Origin: Gammaproteobacteria bacterium | GTDB lineage: Bacteria > Pseudomonadota > Gammaproteobacteria > Eutrophobiales > Eutrophobiaceae | Assembly (NCBI GenBank): GCA_965222155.1 | Contig: CBDCTH010000012.1 | Coordinates: 2,784,001 to 2,848,000, forward strand | Direction of reading: 5' to 3' | Length of the DNA: 64,000 nucleotides | Shown: positions 20,114-30,291 of the stretch, one piece after another | Layout: each line of letters starts with the position of its first letter | How positions within the stretch are numbered: the stretch's first letter is position 1 | Position numbers and translations under genes: made by a program | Notes under the pieces: model-generated | Database searches by the model: none | The model's input: the letters and a program-made list of their open reading frames with translations, nothing else | Told to the model about the DNA's origin: nothing

Positions 20114-21556
20114 ATGCGCAGGACAAAAATCATTGCCACCATGGGGCCGGCCACCGACAAGCCGGGAATGCTGGAAAAAATGGTCGATGCCGGTGTGGAC
20201 CTGTTTCGTATCAATTATTCCCACCAGACCCACCTGGAGCACCGGGAAAGGGCTCGGGTACTGCTGGATATTACCGGCAGAAAGGGCATTGAAATCGGCC
20301 TCATAGCAGATTTACAAGGTCCGAAAATCAGGCTCCAGCGGTTCCGGAACGGTACGGTCCTGCTGCATGAAGGAGATGACTTCACGCTCGATTCGTCTTT
20401 GCCGGATAACGCGGGTACTGAATCACAGGTAGGCGTCACATACCGGGCGCTGGCCCGGGATGTTAATCCCGGAGATACCTTGCTGGTCGATGACGGGCGC
20501 ATTGTCCTGGAAGTTGTCAGCGTGGTAAAGACGCGGGTGCGCTGCACGGTTGTCGTCGGCGGTAAGGTGTCGGATAACAAAGGCATCAATCTGAAAGGAG
20601 GCGGCCTTTCCGCGGGCGCCCTGACCAAAAAAGACCACAAGGACCTGCTGCACGGAGTTGAGATCGGCGCCGATTACTTTGCCGTGTCTTTTGCCAGTAC
20701 CGCCGCCGACATCAACCAGGCCCGTTCGCTGCTGAACAAGGCTGGTTCGAATGCGGGGATCATAGCGAAATTTGAACGGGTGGAAGCGCTGGAAAATGCC
20801 GCTTCCATTATCGAAGCAGCCGACGCCATCATGATCGCCCGCGGTGACCTGGGGGTTGAAATCGGCGATGCTTCCCTGCCCGCGGTACAAAAAAAACTCA
20901 TCAAACAAGCCCAGAACCTGGATCGGCCCGTGATCACTGCGACGCAGATGATGGAGTCCATGATCTACAACCCGGTCCCCACGCGAGCGGAAGTATTCGA
21001 TGTCGCCAATGCCATCCTGGACGGCACGGACGCGGTCATGCTGTCCGGGGAAACGAGTATCGGCATGTTCCCTGACCGGGTTGTCCAGGCCATGGCCCGT
21101 ATCTGTGAGGAAACGGAGAAACAGAAGGAAACCCGGGAATCACACCACCGCATCAACCAGGAATTCAAACGTATCGACGAAGCCATCGCCATGTCCACCA
21201 TGTATGCGGCGAACCACATTAAAGCCAGGGCGATTGCCGCGCTCACCGAAACCGGCTCAACCTGCCTGTGGATGTCGCGTATCAGTTCCGGGATACCTAT
21301 TCTGGCATTTACCCGCCATGCATCAACCATGCGCAAGGTAAGATTATACCGGGATGTCTATCCCATACATTTTGACATTACCCATACGGACCCACTGGAA
21401 GCCAACAAGGAGATCATCGCCATCCTGCTCAGGCGCAAGCTGGTCAGCGAAGGTGATATAGTCCTGGTCACAAAAGGAGACCTGAGGGGTCACCGCGGGG
21501 GGACCAATAACCTGAAAATCATTCGGGTGGGAGATACAACCGAGCAACAACTATAG
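20114..21556 (+). CDS. pyk: Pyruvate kinase
   Basis: RRTKIIATMGPAT, DLQGPKIR, MIARGDLGVE, DAVMLSGET. Confidence 0.97.
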   Translation: MRRTKIIATMGPATDKPGMLEKMVDAGVDLFRINYSHQTHLEHRERARVLLDITGRKGIEIGLIADLQGPKIRLQRFRNGTVLLHEGDDFTLDSSLPDNAGTESQVGVTYRALARDVNPGDTLLVDDGRIVLEVVSVVKTRVRCTVVVGGKVSDNKGINLKGGGLSAGALTKKDHKDLLHGVEIGADYFAVSFASTAADINQARSLLNKAGSNAGIIAKFERVEALENAASIIEAADAIMIARGDLGVEIGDASLPAVQKKLIKQAQNLDRPVITATQMMESMIYNPVPTRAEVFDVANAILDGTDAVMLSGETSIGMFPDRVVQAMARICEETEKQKETRESHHRINQEFKRIDEAIAMSTMYAANHIKARAIAALTETGSTCLWMSRISSGIPILAFTRHASTMRKVRLYRDVYPIHFDITHTDPLEANKEIIAILLRRKLVSEGDIVLVTKGDLRGHRGGTNNLKIIRVGDTTEQQL

Positions 21557-21569
21557 AGAGGTTAAAGAT

Positions 21570-21947
21570 ATGAACCAAACCGAAGAAGCGGCTCACGCAC
21601 GTGCGGTCATCCAGGAATATGTCGATGCCTGTGCTGCAGGCAGCGTCGAACGACTGCGGGCAATCTTTCACGAGGATGCCTTGATGTCAGGGTATATGAT
21701 GGGTAAATACCTGATGGGTTCACCGGAACCGTTTTTCCAGGCAGTGGAGAATCCACCTCCCGGCGCAGAGGCCGGTGGGGATTACCAAGCTGAAATCACC
21801 AGTGTTGAAATCTCCGGTCCGGTTGCCAGTATCACCCTTAAAGAAGCGGGGTTCATGGGAATAAACTTCACCGACTACTTCCACCTTGCCAAAGTAAACG
21901 GCGACTGGAAGATTATCAGCAAAACATTCAACCCGGAAATCCCCTGA
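21570..21947 (+). CDS. NTF2-like/putative lumazine-binding family protein
   Basis: LRAIFHEDA...FTDYFHLAKVNGDWKIISKTF. Confidence 0.8.
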   Translation: MNQTEEAAHARAVIQEYVDACAAGSVERLRAIFHEDALMSGYMMGKYLMGSPEPFFQAVENPPPGAEAGGDYQAEITSVEISGPVASITLKEAGFMGINFTDYFHLAKVNGDWKIISKTFNPEIP

Positions 21948-22056
21948 TAATGAAAGTACCGAATTGATCCTGGCGGCACCGAACCGTAATATATTATTTT
22001 CTCGGGATTTGCCTTACAATCCGATCAACCATTTTCAACCACTGGAGTAAGCCTGT

Positions 22057-23085
22057 ATGAGTGATTTGAAGACGCAGATGGCGCAAACGGCCGCAGCTAT
22101 GGTGGCGGAGGGCAAAGGTATCCTCGCCATAGATGAGAGCCAGCCGACCATTAAAAAACGTTTCGACACGATTGATATCGAGTCCACTGAGGAAAACCGG
22201 CGCGCATACCGGGAATTGCTGATCACCGCGCCCGGCACTGAACAATTCATCAGCGGCATGATTCTGTTCGATGAGACCCTGCGCCAAAAGACCCGGGAAG
22301 GCATCCCCTTCCCGGAGATCATGATCAAAAACGGGATCATGCCCGGCATCAAGGTGGACAAAGGCGCCAAGGACCTGGCAGGTTACCCGGGGGAAAAGGT
22401 GACCGAAGGCTTGGACGGCCTGCGCGAGCGGCTTGCCGAATATCGCGAGCTGGGCGCCCGCTTCACCAAATGGCGCGCGGTGATCACCATCGGTGATCAT
22501 ATCCCGTCCGACGCCTGTATCGAAGCCAATACCCATGCCCTGGCCCGCTACGCGGGTTTATGCCAGGAAGCCGGTATTGTTCCCATGGTGGAACCGGAAG
22601 TCCTGATGGACGCCGACAATGATATTGATACCTGTTACTGGGCCACGGAAAAAACCCTGAGATCGCTGTTTAATGCCCTCTACAACCAGGCCGTGGCGCT
22701 GGAATTTACCATCCTCAAGACAAATATGGTCATATCCGGGAAAAAATGTTCCCACCAAGCGGACATACAGGAAGTCGCGGACAAGACGGTACTGTGCCTG
22801 TTGAATTCGGTACCGGCGGCGCTGGCGGGGATAGTATTCCTCTCGGGTGGACAAAGTGCAACCCTGGCAACGGCCCACCTGAATGAAATGAACCGGCGCT
22901 ATGACGGCCTGCCCTGGCCCCTCAGCTTCTCCTACGGGCGCGCCTTGCAGGAACCTTGCCTGAAGACCTGGGCGGGCAACCCGAACAACTTCGATGCGGC
23001 GCAGACGGTTCTCCTGCACAGGGAAAAATGCAACAGCCTGGCCTGCCTGGGACAGTACTCGGACAGCCTTGAAAAAGCTGCCTGA
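22057..23085 (+). CDS. fba: Class I fructose-bisphosphate aldolase
   Basis: GKGILAIDES, GIKVDKG, KWRAV, VEPEVL, FLSGGQ, FSYGRALQ. Confidence 0.95.
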   Translation: MSDLKTQMAQTAAAMVAEGKGILAIDESQPTIKKRFDTIDIESTEENRRAYRELLITAPGTEQFISGMILFDETLRQKTREGIPFPEIMIKNGIMPGIKVDKGAKDLAGYPGEKVTEGLDGLRERLAEYRELGARFTKWRAVITIGDHIPSDACIEANTHALARYAGLCQEAGIVPMVEPEVLMDADNDIDTCYWATEKTLRSLFNALYNQAVALEFTILKTNMVISGKKCSHQADIQEVADKTVLCLLNSVPAALAGIVFLSGGQSATLATAHLNEMNRRYDGLPWPLSFSYGRALQEPCLKTWAGNPNNFDAAQTVLLHREKCNSLACLGQYSDSLEKAA

Positions 23086-23162
23086 GTCTGCTGGGTTCAT
23101 GCCATTCCCGCGCAAGCGGGAATCCGGTCAGATAATATGCCGCCCCCGGCTAACGACATACC

Positions 23163-23507
23163 GTGGCAGGCTCCGGCGGCTCATTGTTCCATCAGCTCCC
23201 TGCTCCAGTGTCAGCGCCCGTTACTGAAAATCTCAGCCCGGAAACCGAAGCTGCCTGGCAAGCCTACCAATCCATGTGCACCAGCAAGGATGACTATTTC
23301 TCATTGCTGCAGACCCTGGATGAAAAATCCAAAACCGGCGAAGGACCGAGCATCGCCGAAAGTCTGAAGCTGGAACAATTATTGAGTGAGCACGATCAAA
23401 AGGTAAAGCTGTTCAACAAGGCAAGGGCAGCCCTGACCGACCCCGACGCGAAACAGCAACTGCTGGGACTGTTGATAGCGGCAGCAGGCACTGAAGACAG
23501 GCATTAA
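23163..23507 (+). CDS. Hypothetical helical protein
   Basis: ORF fills the gap between fba and the island; start uncertain. Confidence 0.45.
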   Translation: MAGSGGSLFHQLPAPVSAPVTENLSPETEAAWQAYQSMCTSKDDYFSLLQTLDEKSKTGEGPSIAESLKLEQLLSEHDQKVKLFNKARAALTDPDAKQQLLGLLIAAAGTEDRH

Positions 23508-23517
23508 GAGATACGAA

Positions 23518-24677
23518 ATGACCAGGCTGAGAGTTGAAAACATCCAACCTGATATTCTACGCCAATGCCGTGAGCAGATTGGTTTGGATATTGAACAAGC
23601 GCAGAGAAAAGTGTCAATAAAGACACTTGATAAAATTGAGGAAGGTGAGGTTAAGCCTACTTTCAATCAACTGGCAAAACTGGCCAACCTGTATCAGGTG
23701 CCGCAGTGGGTTTTTTTGCAGGAGGAATTGCCCAGCAGATACCAATTCACCGCTTCCATTCAGGCATTTAGAAAGTTTGCCGACTCCGGCTCAGCTTTTG
23801 ATGACTACAAGGTGAGGTCTGTTACAGCTAATGTCACACGTTTCCGGGAATTGATACTTGAATTCAGGGAGGATATGGGAGAACCGATACAACCGTTTTC
23901 GCCACCGGATTGGAAGTCAACCATTCCAGAGCTTGCTTCGTCGGTGCGAAGTTGGCTGGGATGTCCCGAAACTACCCATCACCACTTCCAGGGTTGGAAA
24001 AAGCTGATTGAAGACCAAGGTGTTTTGTCTTTACGACCAGTAAGTATTCCAGCTGGTCAAAGGTTGATCCAAGTCTGTTTCGTGGATTATCCATCTATGA
24101 AGATACCCTTCCTGTCGTTGTCATCAATGATTCTGATGCACGTAAAGCGCAGTCTTTTACGCTATTTCATGAATTGGGACACCTGTTAAAAAAGCAAAGT
24201 GTATTCGATGTGGAAGACGCTGTAGATCAATCCGAGTCAGAGCAGTGGTGCGACAAATTTGCCGGCGAGATGTTGATGCCCCATGAATCCTTTCTTCGGG
24301 AAACAGCAACATGGTCACTAACGGGAAATAAACAGAAACAACTGGAGCAAATCGACGCAGTAGCGAGAAAGTTTTGCGTCAGCAAGTACGCTTGTGCAGT
24401 AAGAATGCGACACCTGAATATTGTCAACCGGCAACGATATAAGCAGATAGAAAGCTGGTTGAAAGAGGAATATCAGCGCATAAAAGAAATCCAAAGAAAC
24501 AGAGCAACTCCGATAAGCAGGGATATAGCCAAAGAAACCTTAAACCAGTACGGTGGTATTTATTCCAGGACGGTTATCCAGGCTTATCGGGAACAAGAAA
24601 TCGGTCTGCATAAATTATGTAAATTACTGAGAATTAAAAAAGCAGCAACAGCTTTGCAGCTGAAAGACATGCTATGA
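23518..24677 (+). pseudogene. XRE-HTH + ImmA/IrrE metallo-endopeptidase, split by a 1-nt frameshift near 24025
   Basis: N-terminal HTH (IEEGEVKPTFNQLAKLA). Restoring one T in GGTGTTTTGTC gives GVFVF...FRGLSI...VVINDSD...FTLFHELGHLL (HExxH), continuing into EQWCDKFAGEMLMP. Confidence 0.8.
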
Positions 24678-25177
24678 GCTATTGCGTAGATGCCAACGTA
24701 TTTATTACGGTTTGGAATCTTACTTATCCGAAGTCTGTCTTTCCGACGATGTATCGGGAAATGGAAGGAAAGTTACATGACCGGATAATTCTGATCAAAC
24801 CGGTTTTCGATGAAATAGAGCCTGTTTCCGGCAATATAGATCCGCAAAAGCTGAAGGAGCAACACCCTGTTCGTACTTGGTTGAAAAATGATTTGGGTAT
24901 CAGTGAAACACCGGTCGACGATTCGGTAAAACAAAAAGCATTAGAGTTAATGGGTAAATACGAAACAGATGAGCATTCAAAAGGAGCCAGTGAAATAGAT
25001 ATTACATTGATAGCTTATGCATCCTTACACGCTCACACAATAGTTACATTTGAAGCAGAACAAAATCAAAAACCGGCCAAAAAATCAAATTACAAGATTC
25101 CTTTGATTTGCCGGGAAGAAAGTGTTGAATGCATTAATTTTGTTGAATTGTTAACGCGGTGCGAGATAACAGTTTAA
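24674..25177 (+). CDS. DUF4411-family PIN-domain protein
   Basis: YCVDANVFI, DITLIAYA, IVTFE, KIPLIC; ATGA-coupled to the ImmA/IrrE gene. Confidence 0.8.
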   Translation: MSYCVDANVFITVWNLTYPKSVFPTMYREMEGKLHDRIILIKPVFDEIEPVSGNIDPQKLKEQHPVRTWLKNDLGISETPVDDSVKQKALELMGKYETDEHSKGASEIDITLIAYASLHAHTIVTFEAEQNQKPAKKSNYKIPLICREESVECINFVELLTRCEITV

Positions 25178-25243
25178 ATCGGAAAGTGAATAACCAATAT
25201 TTCAAGTGACATCAGGTTTCAGACCTTATTGGAGACAGGCGCT

Positions 25244-27250
25244 ATGGGTAACGCAAACAAGGCGAGACTGACTTCCATGGACGTTGTCGAACAAAGGCGT
25301 GAGGGATTGCAGAAATTGTTCCCGGAAGTTTTCTCGGAGGGATACATTGACTTTGAGCAGTTAAAGCGCGTTTTGGGGGAGTGGGTCGACCCGGGCAAAG
25401 AACGCTTCGGATTGAATTGGCCCGGCAAGGCTGAGTGTATGAAGATCATCCAACAACCCAGTATTGCCACCTTGAAGCCGGCTCGCGATGAATCCGTCAA
25501 TTTCGATGAAACAGAGAATTTGTTCATCGAAGGCGATAACCTGGAGGTGCTCAAACTGCTGCAGAAAGCCTATTTCGGCAAGATCAAAATGATTTATATT
25601 GATCCACCCTACAACACAGGTAAGGAATTCATCTACCCGGACAAATACAGCGAAACGTTGAATACTTACCTGGCCTACACCGGCCAGGTCGATGCCGAAG
25701 GACAAAAATTCTCTACCAATACTGATGCTACCGGTCGCTATCACTCCAACTGGCTGAATATGATGTATCCACGCCTATACCTGGCACGAAATCTGTTACG
25801 AGAGGACGGGGTAATTTTTATTTCGATTGATGACAACGAAGTAAAAAACCTTCGCAGTCTTTGTGACGAAATTTTTGGTGAAGAAAATTTTGTTGAAGCC
25901 ATTACCTGGAATAAACGAATTCCCAAGAACGATAAAGGTATTGGTAATATCCACGAGTATGTTCTGATCTATGTCGTAAACTCATCAATTCGCCATGAGT
26001 TCCACATGCCTAAAGAGGGTCTTGAAGAAATTAATAACTTACTGGCAAAACTTAAACGTAAAGCGCTTCCGTTAGATGAGGCTGAGAGGGAAGTACGTAA
26101 GCTGTACTCGAAGAAAGGTTATGATCGTGGGATCACACTCTACAATGCCTTAGACAAGAATTACAGGCTATGGGGAAAGATCAATGTAAGTTGGCCCAAT
26201 GCTGAAACTTTTGGCCCAAGGTACGACATTCTTCATCCAGTAACGAGAGTTCCTGTAAAAGTCCCGGACCGAGGGTGGCGTTGGAAGAAGGAAACTTTCG
26301 ATTCGTTATTGGATTACGATAACTGTGAAGAATTGTATGACGGCACATTTCGATGCGGCAATATCTGGTTTGACAAAGACGAAAATACTCAGCCCAGTTC
26401 AATTAAATATTTAGATGAAATCGAAGGGATCTTATTGAGGTCCATAATCAGCACAAAAAGCGACGGGGGTGTAGAAGTCGAAAAGCTATTCGGGACCAAA
26501 AATATTATGTCTTATCCGAAACCAACATCATTGTTGAAATTGTTACTGTCTTCAATCAGTCAAGCCAACGATATTATAATGGATTTCTTTTCTGGTTCTT
26601 GCACAACCGCACACTCCGTTCTCGACCTGAACAAAGAGGATAGAGGCAACCGTAAATTTATTATGGTGCAACTTCCTGAGCCGTGTGATCAGAAAAAAGA
26701 GGCTTACAAAGCTGGCTATAAAACCATCGCTGATATTGGCAAAGAACGCATTCGCCGGGCCGCGAAGAAAATCGAAACGGATCAAAATAGCCAGCTTAAC
26801 TTGGACAGTAATAGCATACCTGATCTTGGTTTCAAGGTCTTCAAACTCGCTCCGTCAAATTTCAAAGTGTGGCAAGGTGATGTTGAAACTCTTGAAGACC
26901 TCGAACAGCAGTTATTCAGTCAGGTTGATCATATAGGCAGTTCGAGTACACCGGAAGACGTTCTTTACGAACTGTTTCTGAAAAGTGGTTTCCCTCTCAC
27001 CACAAAAGTCGACAAAATTCAAATGGCTGGCAAAGAAGTCTTTTCCATCGAAGAAGGATCAATGCTTATTTGTCTGGACAAAAGTCTCAATGACGAAGTG
27101 ATCGACGCCATGGCGAAGACCAATGCGAAGCAGGTAATATGCCTGGACGAGGGTTTTCGATGTAACGACCAATTAAAGGCTAATGCCGTGCAGACCTTCA
27201 AGTCTCGCGCCCAACAGGAAGAAAGCGAAATCATCTTCAGGACGGTATAA
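25244..27250 (+). CDS. mod: Type III restriction-modification methyltransferase
   Basis: IEGDNLEVLK, IYIDPPYNTG, HSNWLNMMYPRL, YPKP, DFFSGSCTT; GGAG RBS before ATG 25244. Confidence 0.95.
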   Translation: MGNANKARLTSMDVVEQRREGLQKLFPEVFSEGYIDFEQLKRVLGEWVDPGKERFGLNWPGKAECMKIIQQPSIATLKPARDESVNFDETENLFIEGDNLEVLKLLQKAYFGKIKMIYIDPPYNTGKEFIYPDKYSETLNTYLAYTGQVDAEGQKFSTNTDATGRYHSNWLNMMYPRLYLARNLLREDGVIFISIDDNEVKNLRSLCDEIFGEENFVEAITWNKRIPKNDKGIGNIHEYVLIYVVNSSIRHEFHMPKEGLEEINNLLAKLKRKALPLDEAEREVRKLYSKKGYDRGITLYNALDKNYRLWGKINVSWPNAETFGPRYDILHPVTRVPVKVPDRGWRWKKETFDSLLDYDNCEELYDGTFRCGNIWFDKDENTQPSSIKYLDEIEGILLRSIISTKSDGGVEVEKLFGTKNIMSYPKPTSLLKLLLSSISQANDIIMDFFSGSCTTAHSVLDLNKEDRGNRKFIMVQLPEPCDQKKEAYKAGYKTIADIGKERIRRAAKKIETDQNSQLNLDSNSIPDLGFKVFKLAPSNFKVWQGDVETLEDLEQQLFSQVDHIGSSSTPEDVLYELFLKSGFPLTTKVDKIQMAGKEVFSIEEGSMLICLDKSLNDEVIDAMAKTNAKQVICLDEGFRCNDQLKANAVQTFKSRAQQEESEIIFRTV

Positions 27251-27276
27251 CCAGAAATCAGTTTCCCTGAAGTGAC

Positions 27277-30222
27277 ATGAAGCTTAAATTCGATCCGACA
27301 TTGGACTATCAGCAGGACGCTATCAGCGCGGTCGTTGGAGTGTTCGAAGGTCAACCGCTTGCTCAGTCGTCCTTTGAGATCAGCCCTGTTGCCGGCAATG
27401 GTCTGGAAATATCAGAACTGGGGATTGGCAATAAACTCACGCTGACGGACGCAGAAATTCTTGCTAATGTTCATCAACTGCAAGAGACGAACAACATCGA
27501 AAAAGTGACCGGACTCCAGGGCCGTGAATTTTCCATTGAGATGGAAACCGGCACTGGTAAAACTTATGTGTACCTGCGCACGATCTTCGAGCTTTCCCGG
27601 CATTACGGTCTACGAAAATTCATTATCGTTGTGCCCAGTATAGCTATCCGCGAAGGGGTGCTGAAAAATATCGAAATTACAAGGGAACATTTCCGCACGC
27701 TTTATGATAACGCGCCGTTCGATTGTTTTGTCTACGATTCCAAACGACTTGGCAAGGTTCGGCAGTTTGCAACCAGCAACCAGGTCCAAATTATGGTGAT
27801 CAATATTCAGTCTTTCCAAAAGGACGTGGTCAATAAAGATACCAGAGAAATGACGGATAACGAGTTAAAAAAACTCAACGTCATCAATCGGGAAAACGAC
27901 AGGATGTCCGGTCGCCGACCTATTGAATTCATTCAGGCAACCAATCCGGTTGTTATCATTGATGAACCGCAAAGTGTCGATAATACAGAAAAATCTCAGC
28001 ATGCACTTCGTAACCTTAACCCGCTGGTTACCTTGCGCTACAGTGCCACCCATCGGAATCCCCATAACCTGTTGTACAGACTCGACCCAATTAAGGCCTA
28101 CGACTTGCGTCTGGTGAAACGCATTGAGGTGGCCTCGGTGCGTTCCGATGATAACTTCAATGACGCCTACGTCAAGCTACTTGATACTGATAATAAAAAA
28201 GGCATCAGGGCGCGTGTGGAAATTCACCAGGAAAAGAATGGCGCAACCAGGCTTGTCAGATTGTGGGTTAAACAAGGCGATGATCTGTATGTAAAGTCCG
28301 GTAAACGAGGATTATATCGGGACGGTTATATTATCCAGAATATCGACTGCACGCCAGGTATGGAATACATTGAATTCAATACCGGAAAATACCTTGTATC
28401 CGGACAGGAGATCGGTGGTCTGAATGATGAGATTATGAAGACTCAGGTCTATGAAACCGTCGAGCAACACTTCAAAAAGGAGCGTCTGTTGAAAGGGAAA
28501 GGTATTAAAATTTTATCACTGTTCTTCATTGATCGGGTAGCAAACTACCGATTTTACAATGAAGACAATGTCTCCGAGCTTGGTAAAATCGGGCGGTGGT
28601 TCGAGGCGGCCTATCGTGAGGCTGTGACGAAACCCATTTACAAAAACCTGATCCCTTTCGGTGCAACCGAAGTCCACAATGGTTATTTCTCACAGGATAA
28701 GCGGGGACATGTTCAGGATACCAGCGGTAAGATCGCCGCTGACGGGGATACCTATAACTTGATCATGCGCGACAAGGAACGTTTGCTCGACCCGGATGAG
28801 CCGTTGCGCTTCATCTTTTCCCACTCTGCCTTACGGGAAGGCTGGGACAACCCGAATGTCTTCCAGATTTGTACATTGAACGAGACTCGGTCCTTCGAGA
28901 AAAAGCGGCAGGAAATCGGGCGGGGCCTGAGACTACCAGTCAACTGTAATGGTGAGCGCGTGCATGATGAAACAATTAACAGGTTGACCGTGATCGCCAA
29001 TGAATCCTATGAGGCATTTGCCCGCACCCTGCAAAGAGAGTTTGAAGATGATTTTGGTATTCAGTTCGGCAAGATCAATAAGATTGCCTTCGCCAAACTG
29101 GTTCGGACAACCTCGGATGGAATAGAACGGGAACTTGGACAGAAAACTTCGGCGAGGATATGGGAAGAACTGGTTTACAGCGGTTACCTGAATAATGTCG
29201 GTGAAATTATGGATAAATTCGAACCGAATAATCCGCATTTCCGACTTCAAACAACCGACGAGTTTGCTGATTTAGCGGTTGCGATTATCGATGAATTGAA
29301 TAAAAAGATTTTCAAGAATCGCGTGGTGGATGCTCGTAAACGAAAAGAACTGGTATTTCATAAACAAGTCCATTTGCGCGCTGACTTTAGGGCGCTTTGG
29401 GAGAAGATAAAACAACGCACACGCTATCGAGTGTCTTTCAATACCGAGGATTTGATTTCCAGGGCGGTCAAACGTATTAAGGAAATCAATTTTATGAAAA
29501 CACACCAAATTACCACGACGATTGTTGAAGTCGATATCTCCGAGGCTGGTGTCTCCGCGGACAGGCAGATTGCTATGCGAAGCCGCGAGATGAAATCATT
29601 CCAAGTCCTGCTGGATCTACTGGCTTTTCTTCAGAAAGAGACCGAGCTTACGCGTCACACACTGGGGGAAATATTGAAACAGTCCGGGAAATTGAATGAG
29701 TTCATGCTCAATCCACAAACTTTCATGTCAATGGTAGCAAAGGAAATTTCTCGCGCCCTACATGAATTAATACTCGAAGGGATACAATATGAGAAGGTTT
29801 CAGGCCGCTACTGGGAAATGAAACGGCTCGAGCGGGATGCAGAAAGAGGCATTCTCCGTTATTTGAACAATTTGTATGAGGTGCAGAACAAGAGTAAAGT
29901 TCTTTTTGATGCCGTTGAGTGTGATTCCGAGGTAGAGAAGAAGTTCGCTCAAGATTTGGATAGTCATGACAACGTAAAACTGTTCCTGAAACTTCCCTCC
30001 TGGTTCCGGGTGGAGACACCTGTTGGACCTTACAATCCAGACTGGGCTTTCGTTACCGAACAGAACGAGAAACTCTATTTCGTTCGTGAGACCAAAAGCA
30101 CTCTTGATTCCGAGGAGCGCCGAAACAAAGAAAATCAAAAAATTGTCTGTGGAAAAAAGCATTTTGAAACACTTGACGTAGATTATGACGTAGTGACTTC
30201 TCTGGCGGAAGTCGCGATATGA
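27277..30222 (+). CDS. res: Type III restriction endonuclease/helicase subunit
   Basis: EMETGTGKT, IIDEPQ, LRYSATH, ALREGWDNPNVFQIC, QEIGRGLRL, C-terminal YNPDWA...ETK nuclease motif. Confidence 0.95.
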   Translation: MKLKFDPTLDYQQDAISAVVGVFEGQPLAQSSFEISPVAGNGLEISELGIGNKLTLTDAEILANVHQLQETNNIEKVTGLQGREFSIEMETGTGKTYVYLRTIFELSRHYGLRKFIIVVPSIAIREGVLKNIEITREHFRTLYDNAPFDCFVYDSKRLGKVRQFATSNQVQIMVINIQSFQKDVVNKDTREMTDNELKKLNVINRENDRMSGRRPIEFIQATNPVVIIDEPQSVDNTEKSQHALRNLNPLVTLRYSATHRNPHNLLYRLDPIKAYDLRLVKRIEVASVRSDDNFNDAYVKLLDTDNKKGIRARVEIHQEKNGATRLVRLWVKQGDDLYVKSGKRGLYRDGYIIQNIDCTPGMEYIEFNTGKYLVSGQEIGGLNDEIMKTQVYETVEQHFKKERLLKGKGIKILSLFFIDRVANYRFYNEDNVSELGKIGRWFEAAYREAVTKPIYKNLIPFGATEVHNGYFSQDKRGHVQDTSGKIAADGDTYNLIMRDKERLLDPDEPLRFIFSHSALREGWDNPNVFQICTLNETRSFEKKRQEIGRGLRLPVNCNGERVHDETINRLTVIANESYEAFARTLQREFEDDFGIQFGKINKIAFAKLVRTTSDGIERELGQKTSARIWEELVYSGYLNNVGEIMDKFEPNNPHFRLQTTDEFADLAVAIIDELNKKIFKNRVVDARKRKELVFHKQVHLRADFRALWEKIKQRTRYRVSFNTEDLISRAVKRIKEINFMKTHQITTTIVEVDISEAGVSADRQIAMRSREMKSFQVLLDLLAFLQKETELTRHTLGEILKQSGKLNEFMLNPQTFMSMVAKEISRALHELILEGIQYEKVSGRYWEMKRLERDAERGILRYLNNLYEVQNKSKVLFDAVECDSEVEKKFAQDLDSHDNVKLFLKLPSWFRVETPVGPYNPDWAFVTEQNEKLYFVRETKSTLDSEERRNKENQKIVCGKKHFETLDVDYDVVTSLAEVAI

Positions 30223-30291
30223 TAACGAGAATGGAGACGCAATAATGGGGAAAATAGCTGGTCGCATCATTGATTCACCGGGATTTTAGTA

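Noticed and set aside
25244-27250. Phase-variable mod gene (phasevarion)
   Set aside because: No simple-sequence repeat tract seen in or upstream of mod, and the ORF is intact.
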